The notes below the pieces were generated by a model. It ran no database searches. It saw nothing but the letters and a program-made list of their open reading frames with translations, and had not been told where the DNA came from. Shown here piece by piece: positions 10,014-19,322 of a stretch of 51,133 bases of DNA. The first letter of the stretch is position 1; the number at the start of each line of letters is the position of its first letter. A program made the position numbers and the translations under genes. The DNA comes from Anaerovoracaceae bacterium (GTDB lineage Bacteria > Bacillota > Clostridia > Peptostreptococcales > Anaerovoracaceae): NCBI GenBank assembly GCA_045541015.1, contig JAZQIH010000053.1, positions 1 to 51,133 of the forward strand, written 5' to 3'.

Positions 10014-10649
10014 TTAAAATCCGAGCTCTTCTCCGATAAGGACTATCTTTATGCGTCCGGGTATTCTGGAATAGCGGGTGATGACTTCCTGGCAGCATAT
10101 GCAGTCTTCGCTGGTGCAGTTTCCGCAAAGCCCTGTAAGCGCGCAGGGCGTCTTCTTGTTCAGCCTGGCTGCGTTGGGCGGGGCGGCAACATTATGGACG
10201 CGGTCTAAGGCATCCTCGCGGGTCTTTGCGAACTTGTTCATGCCTGCGACTACTATAACGTTGCGCGGGCCGTGCAGCAACATTGCCATGCGGTTGGAGC
10301 TGCCGTCTATATTTACAAGCTCCCCGTCTGCGGTAAAGGCGTTTGTGCTCAGAAGGTACCAGTCTGCCTGTACCTGCTGTGCAAAGCGGGCCTGGACCTC
10401 TTTTGGGTCTGCGGAAAAGCTGCGGCCTACATAGCTGTACTTATCCGACTGAAGCTCCTTGAGTATGCCGGTCTGCTCCAGCGTGACAGAGCCTCCGCTT
10501 GTTACAACGGATCCTTCCGGGATCATAGAGAGGACAAGCTCTTTTGCCTGCTGAGAAGTCTCGCAGTAGAAGGCCTGCATATTGCGTCTTTCGAACTTTG
10601 GTATCAGCGTTTCCGCCTGCCTTTTGTAGTGTTCCTTTAGTGCGTCCAT
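10014..10649 (-). CDS. LUD domain-containing (lactate utilization protein B/C-like) protein with C-terminal Cys cluster
   Basis: The layout is typical of DUF162/LUD proteins (SVVTSGGSVTLEQTGI, LSTNAFTADGELVNIDG, VIVVAGMNK). A C-terminal CALTGLCGNCTSEDCICC cluster follows. Confidence 0.7.
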   Translation of the reverse strand: MDALKEHYKRQAETLIPKFERRNMQAFYCETSQQAKELVLSMIPEGSVVTSGGSVTLEQTGILKELQSDKYSYVGRSFSADPKEVQARFAQQVQADWYLLSTNAFTADGELVNIDGSSNRMAMLLHGPRNVIVVAGMNKFAKTREDALDRVHNVAAPPNAARLNKKTPCALTGLCGNCTSEDCICCQEVITRYSRIPGRIKIVLIGEELGF

Positions 10650-10695
10650 GATAATATCTCCTTTCAGCTTTGCATACTGGTCTGCTAATGATTAC

Positions 10696-11565
10696 TTATA
10701 CTGAAAACTCGCTAAGCAGCGCTTTTGTAAAAAGCTCGATAACTGAAGACTCGGCCTCTTTTCGCCACGCTATTGCCACGGGTACAGATTCCCCTATATT
10801 CATGTGCATAAAGAGCGGATCGTTGAGTATGCGGCAATATTCGTCCAGCAGCATTACGCCGCTGCCGCTTTCAACATAGGAATGGACAGTCTCCTGGTTG
10901 GGAAGAGCCCTGAACCTGGGAACAAAATTGAAAGCGCGGAATATGTACTCGCTTTGTTGCACCAGCTCCTTTATCAGGGGATCGTCTGCAAAGAGGAAAT
11001 CGTAGGCACTGAAATCCGCAAGTTTGCGGATATCTTTGTACCCGGGAAGATTTTTAGAATAAACTACCACGCGCTGAACGGTGGCAAACTGCCTGGTCTC
11101 AAAGTCCTGGAATTGCTGAAGGTAGTTCTCCAGGCCTATTACAGCGTCCAGCTTCTTTTTCTTGAGGCCTGTTACCAGACCGGAAAGATCCAGGCACTCG
11201 AAAGTAAGTTGTAAATTGGGGATCTCCTGCCTGCAGCGTTCCGCCGCCTTGGTAAGGCGCGCAGCCAAACTCCAGCCCGAATTAATGCCTACGTGAAGGA
11301 CCTCCGAAGAAACGTCCATGAGCTTTTTCGTGTGCGCAAGCTCCAAAGCAGTGCGCTGGAAAAGGTCGTAGTAGGCAATACCTGCCTCTGTAAGGCTTAT
11401 CTTGCGGTTGCGGGCTCTTGTTATAAGGACCGTTCCGAGCTCTTTTTCGAGAGCCGAAACGTAGCGGCTGACAGCAGGCTGCGGAAGACGCAGGGTCTCC
11501 GCAGCCCGTGTAAAGTTCAGTTGCCGTGCTACTTCAAGAAAACAATCGATCTGGCGATCGTTCAT
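10696..11565 (-). CDS. LysR family transcriptional regulator
   Basis: N-terminal wHTH (MNDRQIDCFLEVARQLNFTRAAETLRLPQPAVSRYVSALEKELG) plus a substrate-binding domain of about 200 aa. Confidence 0.9.
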   Translation of the reverse strand: MNDRQIDCFLEVARQLNFTRAAETLRLPQPAVSRYVSALEKELGTVLITRARNRKISLTEAGIAYYDLFQRTALELAHTKKLMDVSSEVLHVGINSGWSLAARLTKAAERCRQEIPNLQLTFECLDLSGLVTGLKKKKLDAVIGLENYLQQFQDFETRQFATVQRVVVYSKNLPGYKDIRKLADFSAYDFLFADDPLIKELVQQSEYIFRAFNFVPRFRALPNQETVHSYVESGSGVMLLDEYCRILNDPLFMHMNIGESVPVAIAWRKEAESSVIELFTKALLSEFSV

Positions 11566-11580
11566 ATAAGCTCCTTTTGG

Positions 11581-12960
11581 CTATACGAGGCAGCGCAGGA
11601 TGTATACTCCGTCATGCAGAGCGTTAAGGTAGATGTATCCGCGGTCGTCAACTACAACGTCCTCTGCGGTGCCCAGCGGCTTGTTGGGCATAGGTACGTC
11701 GAAGCAGAGCTTTTCCGGATTCGGCGGGATGAAGTACGCGATCTCCTTCGGTACGTAAGGATCGGAGAAGTCGTAAACGCGCAGTCCAGCGTGGAAATAG
11801 CAGTCGTAGATACGGTCTGCGCGGTCCTCTACCCAAGGCTTGTGAGTCATTGGCTCGTGGAGGTTGTGAGGTCCGAAGGATGTCGGGAAGTCCTGGCCAA
11901 GCTCGTTGAAGTTCTTGTACGGCCAGTTTTCCGGAACTTCCGGATAGGGGAATACGGAGATCAGCACCGGATCTGTGGGATCGGAGATATCGAATGCCTC
12001 TATGCCGCAGAAAGAGTGTACGCCGAACTCGTCGAATTCCTTCTTGGAATAGGTCCACTGGCGCTCGCCTTCCTGCATGCCTACAGCAAACCTTGTGCCG
12101 TGGATAGGCATGAAGGTGTGGCACAGAGCTCCGCCGAACTTAGTAGCAAAGGGCGGGGTCATCTTGCATTCGCCGAGTACCTGCGGCCATGCGGGGTTGG
12201 AGATGTCCAGGATCTTGAATCCGCCGCCTGCGCAGGAGAGGTATGCCAGATTGTCGTCTGTGCCCACGTAGGGGAAGTGCACGAATCCGGGGTAGGTGTT
12301 GTAGCCCTGCCAGCCGTGCCATTCCTTCTTGCGGGTCTTTTCGGTCTGGTTGCCGAAGAACTGTCCGGGGTTCCACCAGCGGCCTACTTCTACCGGGTGC
12401 TCCGGATCCTGGATGTCTACGATGCGGTAGATGAAGTCCTTGAAGCCTGTAGCGGTTCCGGAAACGTGGATGTACCTGCCGCCGTTGTAGGAGAAGCGGT
12501 GAACGCCTGCTCCCTTGCCATTCTCGGGGTCTCCGGTGGACCAGAAGGAGAGCTTCTTGGGGTGCTCCGGATCTTCCTTAAGAGAGTAGATATGTATTCC
12601 GCCCGGTGCCGGCTTGTAGTGCTCCGGTGCGGGTCCGTGCAGGAACGGCAGGCAATTGCCGTTGGATACGATCATAAGGTCGTCGCAGACCTGTACCTTA
12701 GGTGTGGACATGTAGGGATATTCCTTGGGGTCCATTACCGGCATGTACTGGATGTGGCGCGGGTTTGCGGGGTCTGTAACATCAAGTATCTCTACGCCGT
12801 AGCCGAAGAAGCATCCGCCGTAAAGATAGTACTTTCCGTCCTTGGTCTTGTAGAGCTGAGACTGGAACAAGTAGTGGTTATCGCAGTCGTGGTGCGCAAG
12901 AACCTCCATGTTCTTTATGTAGCCCTCGTTGCCCGGACTTTTAGCGTAAAATTTGCTCAT
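11581..12960 (-). CDS. LVIVD-repeat beta-propeller protein, cytoplasmic, function unknown
   Basis: The repeated motif x-I/L-x-D-I/V-S/T-D/N-P recurs (VEILDVTDPANP, IVDIQDPEHP, FKILDISNPAWP, IEAFDISDPTDP, LRVYDFSDPYVP). The start is set at MSKFYAK, preceded by ggagg. There is no signal peptide. Confidence 0.6.
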   Translation of the reverse strand: MSKFYAKSPGNEGYIKNMEVLAHHDCDNHYLFQSQLYKTKDGKYYLYGGCFFGYGVEILDVTDPANPRHIQYMPVMDPKEYPYMSTPKVQVCDDLMIVSNGNCLPFLHGPAPEHYKPAPGGIHIYSLKEDPEHPKKLSFWSTGDPENGKGAGVHRFSYNGGRYIHVSGTATGFKDFIYRIVDIQDPEHPVEVGRWWNPGQFFGNQTEKTRKKEWHGWQGYNTYPGFVHFPYVGTDDNLAYLSCAGGGFKILDISNPAWPQVLGECKMTPPFATKFGGALCHTFMPIHGTRFAVGMQEGERQWTYSKKEFDEFGVHSFCGIEAFDISDPTDPVLISVFPYPEVPENWPYKNFNELGQDFPTSFGPHNLHEPMTHKPWVEDRADRIYDCYFHAGLRVYDFSDPYVPKEIAYFIPPNPEKLCFDVPMPNKPLGTAEDVVVDDRGYIYLNALHDGVYILRCLV

Positions 12961-13078
12961 TGAGTTCCTCCATGATAGGTGTTTTGGGGTCAACTGTTGT
13001 GTGATGCATGCTGATGTTTACGCTTCAATTATAATGTTGAAAAACGCATAAATCAAATAGAATTTGCGATAAAATGTT

Positions 13079-13094
13079 ATAACAAATTTGTTAT
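13079..13094. promoter_or_regulatory. perfect 16-bp palindrome ATAACAAATTTGTTAT in an AT-rich divergent promoter region
   Basis: Seen directly. It lies in the 239-bp spacer between the divergent beta-propeller gene and the reductase/CHI-like operon, next to a LysR gene. Confidence 0.5.
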
Positions 13095-13199
13095 CAAAAA
13101 ACTTCATTTTTAGCATTATTTATTTTGTACCAATAGCTTTATAATAGAGCTGTGATGCATGTTATTTTTAAAACAATCTATTTTTAGGAGGTTATCTTA

Positions 13200-14192
13200 A
13201 TGAAGATCCTGGGACTTTCCTGTGGTACCAAAAACGGCAACAACGACACCATGTGCCGCGTTGCCCTGGAAGCTGCCCGCGAAATGGGAGCTGAGATCGA
13301 ATTCATCCACGTATTCGACTGGGATATCAAGTATTGCACCGGTTGTGTGGCTTGCTCCAAGGGCCTTGTAATGGGCAAAGGCATGATCTGCACCCAGCGT
13401 GACGACTACGCAGCCCTTTACGAAAAGATGGTAGAGGCTGACGGCGTTCTGGTAGTAGATCCTATCTACGAATCCGGCGGATCCGGCTTGTTCCATGTTC
13501 TTACAGACCGTATGGGCCCCGGACACGACACCGGTATGCTCCTGATGCTGGACGGCAAGCTCAAAGAGCAGGGCAAGGAAGGCCTTAACCCCCGTATATT
13601 CCAGCAGAAGGCAATTTCCTTCGTCGGTATCGGCGGCTCCGACTGGGCTGTCCGCGTAGAAGCTGACCACGCAATGCTGGCTCTTTCCCCGGGCTGGAAG
13701 GTAGTAGACAACGACTTCTTCTCCTGGAGCAAGGACGTCATCATGCAGGACGACAAGATCGCAAGGATGAGAGAAATAGGCAAGAATCTCGTAGAGGCTG
13801 CCCAGTACATCATAGACAACCACGTAATGATCCCCGGTTCCGAAGAGCTGGATCTGTGGAAGGGCAAAGAAGGCGGCTGCCCGCACTGCCACGGCAACGC
13901 ATTCTACATCTTCCCTGGCACCAACCACGCAGTCTGCGAGCTCTGCGGTCTGGAAGGACATCTGGAGCTGCAGAACGGCGCTATGCGCCTGGTACCGGAT
14001 CCTGAGCTGGGCCCCAACGGTCAGATCTGGCACTGCCACGACCTCGTATCCGGCAAAGCTGCACACGGCAAGGACATCTTCGAGAACGAGAGCAGGCTCA
14101 TGGAGCTCTTCAAGGACGAGGAGTTCAAGCGCCGCAAGAAGCACTACACAGAGGTGATAGCTCCTACACCGTCCCCGTCCAAGGGAAAATAA
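13200..14192 (+). CDS. flavodoxin-fold NAD(P)H-dependent FMN reductase-like protein with Cys-rich C-terminal extension
   Basis: MKILGLSCGTKNGNND...CTGCVAC...EADGVLVVDPIYESGGSG is typical of the iron-sulfur flavoprotein/FMN-reductase fold. The C-terminal CPHCHG...CELCG resembles a zinc ribbon. RBS aggagg is present. Confidence 0.7.
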   Translation: MKILGLSCGTKNGNNDTMCRVALEAAREMGAEIEFIHVFDWDIKYCTGCVACSKGLVMGKGMICTQRDDYAALYEKMVEADGVLVVDPIYESGGSGLFHVLTDRMGPGHDTGMLLMLDGKLKEQGKEGLNPRIFQQKAISFVGIGGSDWAVRVEADHAMLALSPGWKVVDNDFFSWSKDVIMQDDKIARMREIGKNLVEAAQYIIDNHVMIPGSEELDLWKGKEGGCPHCHGNAFYIFPGTNHAVCELCGLEGHLELQNGAMRLVPDPELGPNGQIWHCHDLVSGKAAHGKDIFENESRLMELFKDEEFKRRKKHYTEVIAPTPSPSKGK

Positions 14193-14225
14193 TATAAGCC
14201 GTACCTAACGAAAGGAAGTATTATC

Positions 14226-15077
14226 ATGGCATTTGAATTCAATCTTATGCGCAGTCTTATCTACGTAGGACTTGCAAAGGAAGAATACCGTCCTAAGCTG
14301 GAGGAGTGGCTGTACAAGTATCATGTACCCGAATCCATCAGCAAGTTTACCCCGTACTGCATCAAGTACGCTTTCTACCAGGCTTATCCGACTCCTCCGG
14401 AAGGAGAGCGTTTCGGCGTCAGAAAGATGCAGCTTACCGAGCACTACTGGCTCGTAGACGAGCACCTGCCCGAAATGGCTAACAACATCTACAACGAGTA
14501 CATGCCCATGGACGTTCTGCGCTGGCAGGGCTGCATCCCCGATGTGGATTCCAAAGAAGTCCACGAGAACGCCGAGACCGGCGATGCCGGCAGAGCCGTA
14601 GGCGGCGGAGATTTCCCGCCCTTCATCTTCGCGTTCGTTCCTATCAACTGGGAAGAGGACCTCAAGGGCAAGGGCCGCACTCCTGAAGACGGACCCAACT
14701 ACCGCTGGCAGTTCCTCATCCAGTATCCGGATGGCGTAAGCAAGGAAGACGGAGAGAAGTGGTTCTGGGAGCAGGTAGTTCCTTACTTCCAGCAGAGCAA
14801 GTATGTAAACCGCTTCGTTTCCAGCAAGGTAAAGATCAACTACGGCGCTCCGTCGGCTCAGTTCGACCGCCTCTGCGAGATCTGGTTCGAAGGACCGGAA
14901 GAATGGTACCAGGCTGCAGTAGTTGAGGCTGCTGACAAGATCGCTAAGCCGGCATGGGCTCAGCAGGATCAGTTCCCGTATCTTAAGCCGCAGCACAACA
15001 TTGCCTCCCTGTTCCTTGGAGACCGCGCTACCAGCGACAACCTGTCCCAGTACCGCGGATTCATAACCATGCGCTAA
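14226..15077 (+). CDS. bacterial chalcone isomerase-like protein (Eubacterium ramulus CHI family)
   Basis: 283 aa. The blocks MRSLIYV, EEYRPKL, MQLTEHYWLV, PMDVLRWQG, FIFAFVP, DLKGKGRT, EIWFE, WAQQDQFPYLKP and terminal YRGFITMR match my recollection of the 283-aa E. ramulus enzyme. This is not verified by search. Confidence 0.6.
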   Translation: MAFEFNLMRSLIYVGLAKEEYRPKLEEWLYKYHVPESISKFTPYCIKYAFYQAYPTPPEGERFGVRKMQLTEHYWLVDEHLPEMANNIYNEYMPMDVLRWQGCIPDVDSKEVHENAETGDAGRAVGGGDFPPFIFAFVPINWEEDLKGKGRTPEDGPNYRWQFLIQYPDGVSKEDGEKWFWEQVVPYFQQSKYVNRFVSSKVKINYGAPSAQFDRLCEIWFEGPEEWYQAAVVEAADKIAKPAWAQQDQFPYLKPQHNIASLFLGDRATSDNLSQYRGFITMR

Positions 15078-15110
15078 GCCGCACGGCAGTACATTTAAAG
15101 GGGAATATTT

Positions 15111-15581
15111 ATGAAACCTACAAAGAAGATGATCATCACCCAGAACCTGGTGTTCAACGCACCGTTCGCTCTGGTAATGGTCATAGTATCAAATCTTATA
15201 AACCACCAGCCGTTCGGAGTGGAGACCATAGGAATGTTCTTCATTTCTCTGGTAATAGTGGAGATCCTCGGATTCATCATCCCGGTTCAGAAGATAGCAG
15301 GCTTCATGGCCGCTAAGTTCTACAAGGGCAAGAACCCCATGGGCATGCCCCAGTTCCTGCTTACAGCTCTGGTCCTGACTCTGATCTTCACCATATTCAT
15401 GACCCTCAGCATGACCCTTATAGGCATGCTTCTGGGCGGTGCTCCGCTGTCCGGTTACTGGGGTGCTGTTCTGCACAGCTTCCCGCTCCTCTGCGTTGCA
15501 GCTTACTGCTCCGTAATGATCTTCCTGCCTCTGAGCATGAAGGTCTCCGGAATGGATAAGGTAGCAGGCGGTCCGAGATAG
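15111..15581 (+). CDS. small polytopic membrane protein (about 4 TM), function unknown
   Basis: Hydrophobic helices run throughout. RBS aaagggga is present. It is the last gene of the reductase/CHI-like operon before a terminator. Confidence 0.55.
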   Translation: MKPTKKMIITQNLVFNAPFALVMVIVSNLINHQPFGVETIGMFFISLVIVEILGFIIPVQKIAGFMAAKFYKGKNPMGMPQFLLTALVLTLIFTIFMTLSMTLIGMLLGGAPLSGYWGAVLHSFPLLCVAAYCSVMIFLPLSMKVSGMDKVAGGPR

Positions 15582-15608
15582 GCTCGCAGTCAGTCTGTAA
15601 AACAAATA

Positions 15609-15640
15609 AGCGCTCTCCGCATCAGCGGGGAGCGCTTTTG
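15609..15640. terminator. bidirectional Rho-independent terminator
   Basis: agcgctctccgc-atca-gcggggagcgct followed by tttg, between convergent genes. Confidence 0.75.
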
Positions 15641-15648
15641 TATTGTTG

Positions 15649-17268
15649 TTATTCTTCTATGAGGCCCAGCTCTACATAGAGCGGATAGTATTCGTCGTAC
15701 AGACCGCAGATGGCGTCCATTCCCATGTTGGGGCTGAATGCCTTCTGTATAACGGTCTTCCAGGAGCCGTACTGCGCATACAGCTGGTCCGGGGTGGGGC
15801 CGTCCTCGTGTCCGTAAGTGTTGAGGTTGCTTTCCTTGACCTTTGCAAGGCCTTCGGGGTCGTTTTCGTAGGCCGCAAGGCGTATCCTGTTGCGTTCAGC
15901 GGATATCGCCCTTGCCATTTCCTCTGTGCTTGCGCCTTCGGCCCTCATCTTGTAAAGGATGTCCGAAAGGGATGCCAAAGACTGGTGGTAGGCTATTCTG
16001 TTGGCCTTGGCTTGGGCAACGAATTCCTCGTCTGTCCAGTCGTACTGGGCGTAGGTGGCAAGCCTCGGGGAGTCAGGGTTTGGCGCAAAGCCGTAGACAG
16101 CGTTGGGGTCCTCCACGATGTCCTTCATAGCCTCGGGGTTCTTCCTGGGGTCGTGGTCGTACGCAAACTTGTAGTCGTAGTCCGCAGGGGTGTACTGCTG
16201 ATCCGCTTTGGTGATGCCTTCCGCGTAGATCTGGGCAAATTCGCTCTTCATGGAGATAGGAATGAAGCCATTAGCCGTGTAATCCGCGGACTTTGCGTCC
16301 CAGTCCTGCTTGCCCCATTCTCTTTCGCCGTCGTCCGCAACGATCATGTATGCCTGTGCGGGGTACTGGTTCCTGCTGTCTATGGTGTAGTACATCATGC
16401 TGGTATCGCTTCCGCTGTTGCCGAAAGCGAGCACCGGGCGCTGTCCTATCTCTCTTTCAACATATATGGACTTGTTGCCGTTGAGGTTCTTCTGGATGAA
16501 GCCGCCGGTCAGAACGAGCTCGTCTCCGTCCTCGTACTTGAAGTTCATGTTGGAGGATTCGGTCTCGTGGCCCTTCTGTTTTACCTCGAAATCGGTGCCT
16601 ATCACGTGGTTGGGCGTTACGTAGTCCTTGATCGGGGAGTTTGCAACAATGGCCCTTGTTGTGGTGCGCTCGGTACCGCTGATGACATAGATTATGAAAT
16701 CGTTCTCGTAAAGGTACCTGACAAGCTCCACCATTGGGAGATAGAAGTTGTCCAGATAGCGCATGTTGTTGAAGCTTGAGGTCTTTTTCTGGCCGAACTC
16801 AACTGCGTAGTTGTAGAATTCTTCCATGGTCATGCCGGCAAAGGCCTTGGCAAAGTTCCTGGCGAGGGTCTCGTCTGCAACGTAGCCCGGCTTTATGGAT
16901 ATTGCTACCTGCTTCAGCTGGTTGGAGACGCGCTCCGGGTGGTCCTTAAGGCAGAACTCTATGAACATCATGGTGTCATAGTAGGTGTAGAAGGTCTCGC
17001 AGGCCAGGGTGCCGTCCATGTCGAACACCGCTATGCGGTCCTTTACAGGTATGAAGCTGTCCTTTTGCGAGGGGTCTGTAACTTTAGCCACGTATTCCCT
17101 TAGCTGCTTTGCCGCGTTAGAGTCCGCTGTCCAGTACTGGGTGAGCGGTGTGGCACTGGGTACCTGCCTGTTGATACCTGCAATAGCCGCAACTATAGCG
17201 AGGCCTATAAGCAGCATAGCCAGAGCCAGCGCTATCGTTTTTACGGCTGTGTTCCTGTTTTTCACCAA
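15649..17268 (-). CDS. membrane-anchored HAD-superfamily hydrolase with extra C-terminal domain
   Basis: N-terminal TM anchor, HAD motif I FDMDGTL, later ISGTER and GNSGSDTSM (motif IV-like), and a C-terminal domain of about 170 aa. Confidence 0.6.
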   Translation of the reverse strand: MVKNRNTAVKTIALALAMLLIGLAIVAAIAGINRQVPSATPLTQYWTADSNAAKQLREYVAKVTDPSQKDSFIPVKDRIAVFDMDGTLACETFYTYYDTMMFIEFCLKDHPERVSNQLKQVAISIKPGYVADETLARNFAKAFAGMTMEEFYNYAVEFGQKKTSSFNNMRYLDNFYLPMVELVRYLYENDFIIYVISGTERTTTRAIVANSPIKDYVTPNHVIGTDFEVKQKGHETESSNMNFKYEDGDELVLTGGFIQKNLNGNKSIYVEREIGQRPVLAFGNSGSDTSMMYYTIDSRNQYPAQAYMIVADDGEREWGKQDWDAKSADYTANGFIPISMKSEFAQIYAEGITKADQQYTPADYDYKFAYDHDPRKNPEAMKDIVEDPNAVYGFAPNPDSPRLATYAQYDWTDEEFVAQAKANRIAYHQSLASLSDILYKMRAEGASTEEMARAISAERNRIRLAAYENDPEGLAKVKESNLNTYGHEDGPTPDQLYAQYGSWKTVIQKAFSPNMGMDAICGLYDEYYPLYVELGLIEE

Positions 17269-17291
17269 TGTTTGCTCCTTTTCATAAATAA

Positions 17292-17313
17292 ACAGAGGCC
17301 CTAAGGCCTCTGT
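17292..17313 (-). terminator. Rho-independent terminator downstream of the acyl-CoA ligase gene
   Basis: Perfect 9-bp stem acagaggcc/ggcctctgt with a 4-nt loop, followed on the minus strand by ttatttat. Confidence 0.65.
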
Positions 17314-17330
17314 TTTGAATTATCAATTAG

Positions 17331-19199
17331 TTAGTTGGCCTGTTTGTTTCCCGGACGGAAGCGCACCACCTTGTTGGAGGTGTTCTTTTCGAGCGGGGTG
17401 TGGCGCACAAAGATGTGCTTTATCATCTTGTAGGCCGGGTTGCCTGCGTTGGTCTCGTTAACAGCCTTCCAGAGGTATTCCTCCACCTTTGCGGCGTCGT
17501 TGGCATCGTCGCCAAGAGCGGCCTTTACAACATCCCAGTCCGGATAGATGGACGCGGCAATGATTGTGTCGTCCTTGTTTTCGGACTCGAGCTCGAACAC
17601 CATGGACTCGTTTATGCACTCGTGGAGCGAAAGTTCGTACTCCAGCTCTTCCGGGAATACGTTCTTTCCGTTCTTGGTGATGATGACGTTCTTTGCGCGG
17701 CCGGTTATAAATATGTAGCCGTCCTTGTCTATGTAGCCCAGGTCTCCGGTGTGGAGCCAGCCGTCCTGTATAACTTCTGCGGTAAGGTCCGGACGCTTGT
17801 AGTAGCCGAGCATTACGTTTTCGCCGCGCACGCAGATCTCGCCTATGCCGTCTTCGTTAGGCTCGTATATCATTGCGCCGCCGCCCGGGAAGGCCACACC
17901 TATGGAAGCAGCCTTGGGGCAGGTGTCCGGGTTGAGGGCGCCCATCGGAGCGCACTCGGAAAGTCCGTAGCCCTGCAGCGCCTGGATGCCGAACGCCTGG
18001 AAATCCTCCAGAATAGCCGGATTTATAGCCGCGCCGCCCGCTATGAACATGCGGAACCTTCCGCCGAACTGCTCCTTTATCTCCTTAAAGAACAGGTTGG
18101 AAACGTCCATGTGGAGCTTGTTGCGGAAGAACAGGGATATCTTTACGCCCTTCTTTGCAACGGATTCCTTGCCCTTTGCGCGTATGCTCTTCCAGATCTG
18201 CTTGTGCAGAGTCTCGAACACGGCCGGCACGCCAAGGAAGAAGGTCGGGTGCACTTCCTGGATGTTCTTGAGTATGTACTTAAGACCTTCGCAGTGCGCA
18301 ACCGCCGAGCCCTTGAAGTGGGGCATAAGGAAGTCAGCCGTGTACTCGTAGGTGTGGTGTATCGGAAGCATGGAGAAGAATATCTCGTGATCCGAAACGT
18401 AGAGCACGGTAGGTGAAATGATCAGGTCCGCGCAGATGTTGCGGTGGGAGAGCATTATGCCCTTAGCCATGCCTGTGGTGCCGGATGTAAAGATGATTAT
18501 CGATGTTTCGCGGGAATCTATCTGAGCGTCTATGAAGCTGCGGTCTCCGCCTGCAACAAGCGCCTTTCCGGCCTCAAGGAGCTTCCAGAATGAGATCACC
18601 TGAACGGACTTTTTAGCGCCGGTCTCATCGCCTTCAAGGGCAACTTCCACGGTGCGGTCTTCGTGCTCCTGCTGAGCGATAAGGTACTTCAGCGGGGTGC
18701 CGCCTTCAGCCATCATGCGGGTGAATATAGGCTCGCGCTTCTTGTCGAAGAAGACTGCGGTAGCCTCGGATTCTATGATCAGGTTCCTGAGGTCAGCGTA
18801 GGGCAGCTCCTTGTCCAGAGGCACTGCGCAACCGGTTCCGCAGACTACAGCCATATCGCTTACGGCCCAGGTGTAGTTGGTGTCTCCGATTATTGCAATG
18901 CGGTTCTCCTTAAGCCCCATAGCAATGAGCTGGGTGCCCAAGCCGTTGATATCTGCCATGTATTCCTTAAAGGTTATGGTCTTGTACGGACCTTTTTCGA
19001 ACTTGGTGTAGAACGCAATGTGGTCCGGGAAAAGCTGGGTGGAGGTCTCTATCATGTTCTTGATAGAGATGATGGGTCGGGGATCGCGGTACTTTACGTA
19101 CTTGCGTGGGTCGTCCTTAACGGCCTGGACCAGGCGGTTCGCCCAATCCCAGTCGTCCTTAAGCATGCGGTTATACTCTTCTTGGGAAACTGGCTTCAT
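17331..19199 (-). CDS. AMP-binding long-chain acyl-CoA synthetase (FadD-like)
   Basis: AMP-binding signature IIFTSGTTGMAKGIMLSH, then GYGLSE and TGDLGYIDKDGYIFITGRAKNVI blocks. Confidence 0.85.
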   Translation of the reverse strand: MKPVSQEEYNRMLKDDWDWANRLVQAVKDDPRKYVKYRDPRPIISIKNMIETSTQLFPDHIAFYTKFEKGPYKTITFKEYMADINGLGTQLIAMGLKENRIAIIGDTNYTWAVSDMAVVCGTGCAVPLDKELPYADLRNLIIESEATAVFFDKKREPIFTRMMAEGGTPLKYLIAQQEHEDRTVEVALEGDETGAKKSVQVISFWKLLEAGKALVAGGDRSFIDAQIDSRETSIIIFTSGTTGMAKGIMLSHRNICADLIISPTVLYVSDHEIFFSMLPIHHTYEYTADFLMPHFKGSAVAHCEGLKYILKNIQEVHPTFFLGVPAVFETLHKQIWKSIRAKGKESVAKKGVKISLFFRNKLHMDVSNLFFKEIKEQFGGRFRMFIAGGAAINPAILEDFQAFGIQALQGYGLSECAPMGALNPDTCPKAASIGVAFPGGGAMIYEPNEDGIGEICVRGENVMLGYYKRPDLTAEVIQDGWLHTGDLGYIDKDGYIFITGRAKNVIITKNGKNVFPEELEYELSLHECINESMVFELESENKDDTIIAASIYPDWDVVKAALGDDANDAAKVEEYLWKAVNETNAGNPAYKMIKHIFVRHTPLEKNTSNKVVRFRPGNKQAN

Positions 19200-19258
19200 T
19201 CTTTTATCCTTTCAATTAATTATTTTCTGTATATTAATAGAAGGAGTTTATAACTAAA

Positions 19259-19286
19259 ACCGCGCCTTGTCAAGGCAGGGCGCGGT
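19259..19286 (-). terminator. Rho-independent terminator downstream of the AIM24-like gene
   Basis: accgcgcc...ggcgcggt stem, followed on the minus strand by ttttagtt. Confidence 0.6.
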
Positions 19287-19322
19287 AGTAATTGGTTTTC
19301 TGAATTGTGAAACTTGCCGGTT

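Noticed and set aside
10003-10028. Hairpin gagcccggat-attaaa-atccgagctc at the 3' end of the LUD gene as a terminator
   Set aside because: It overlaps the stop codon and coding sequence. It has a mismatch and no T-tract on the transcribed strand.
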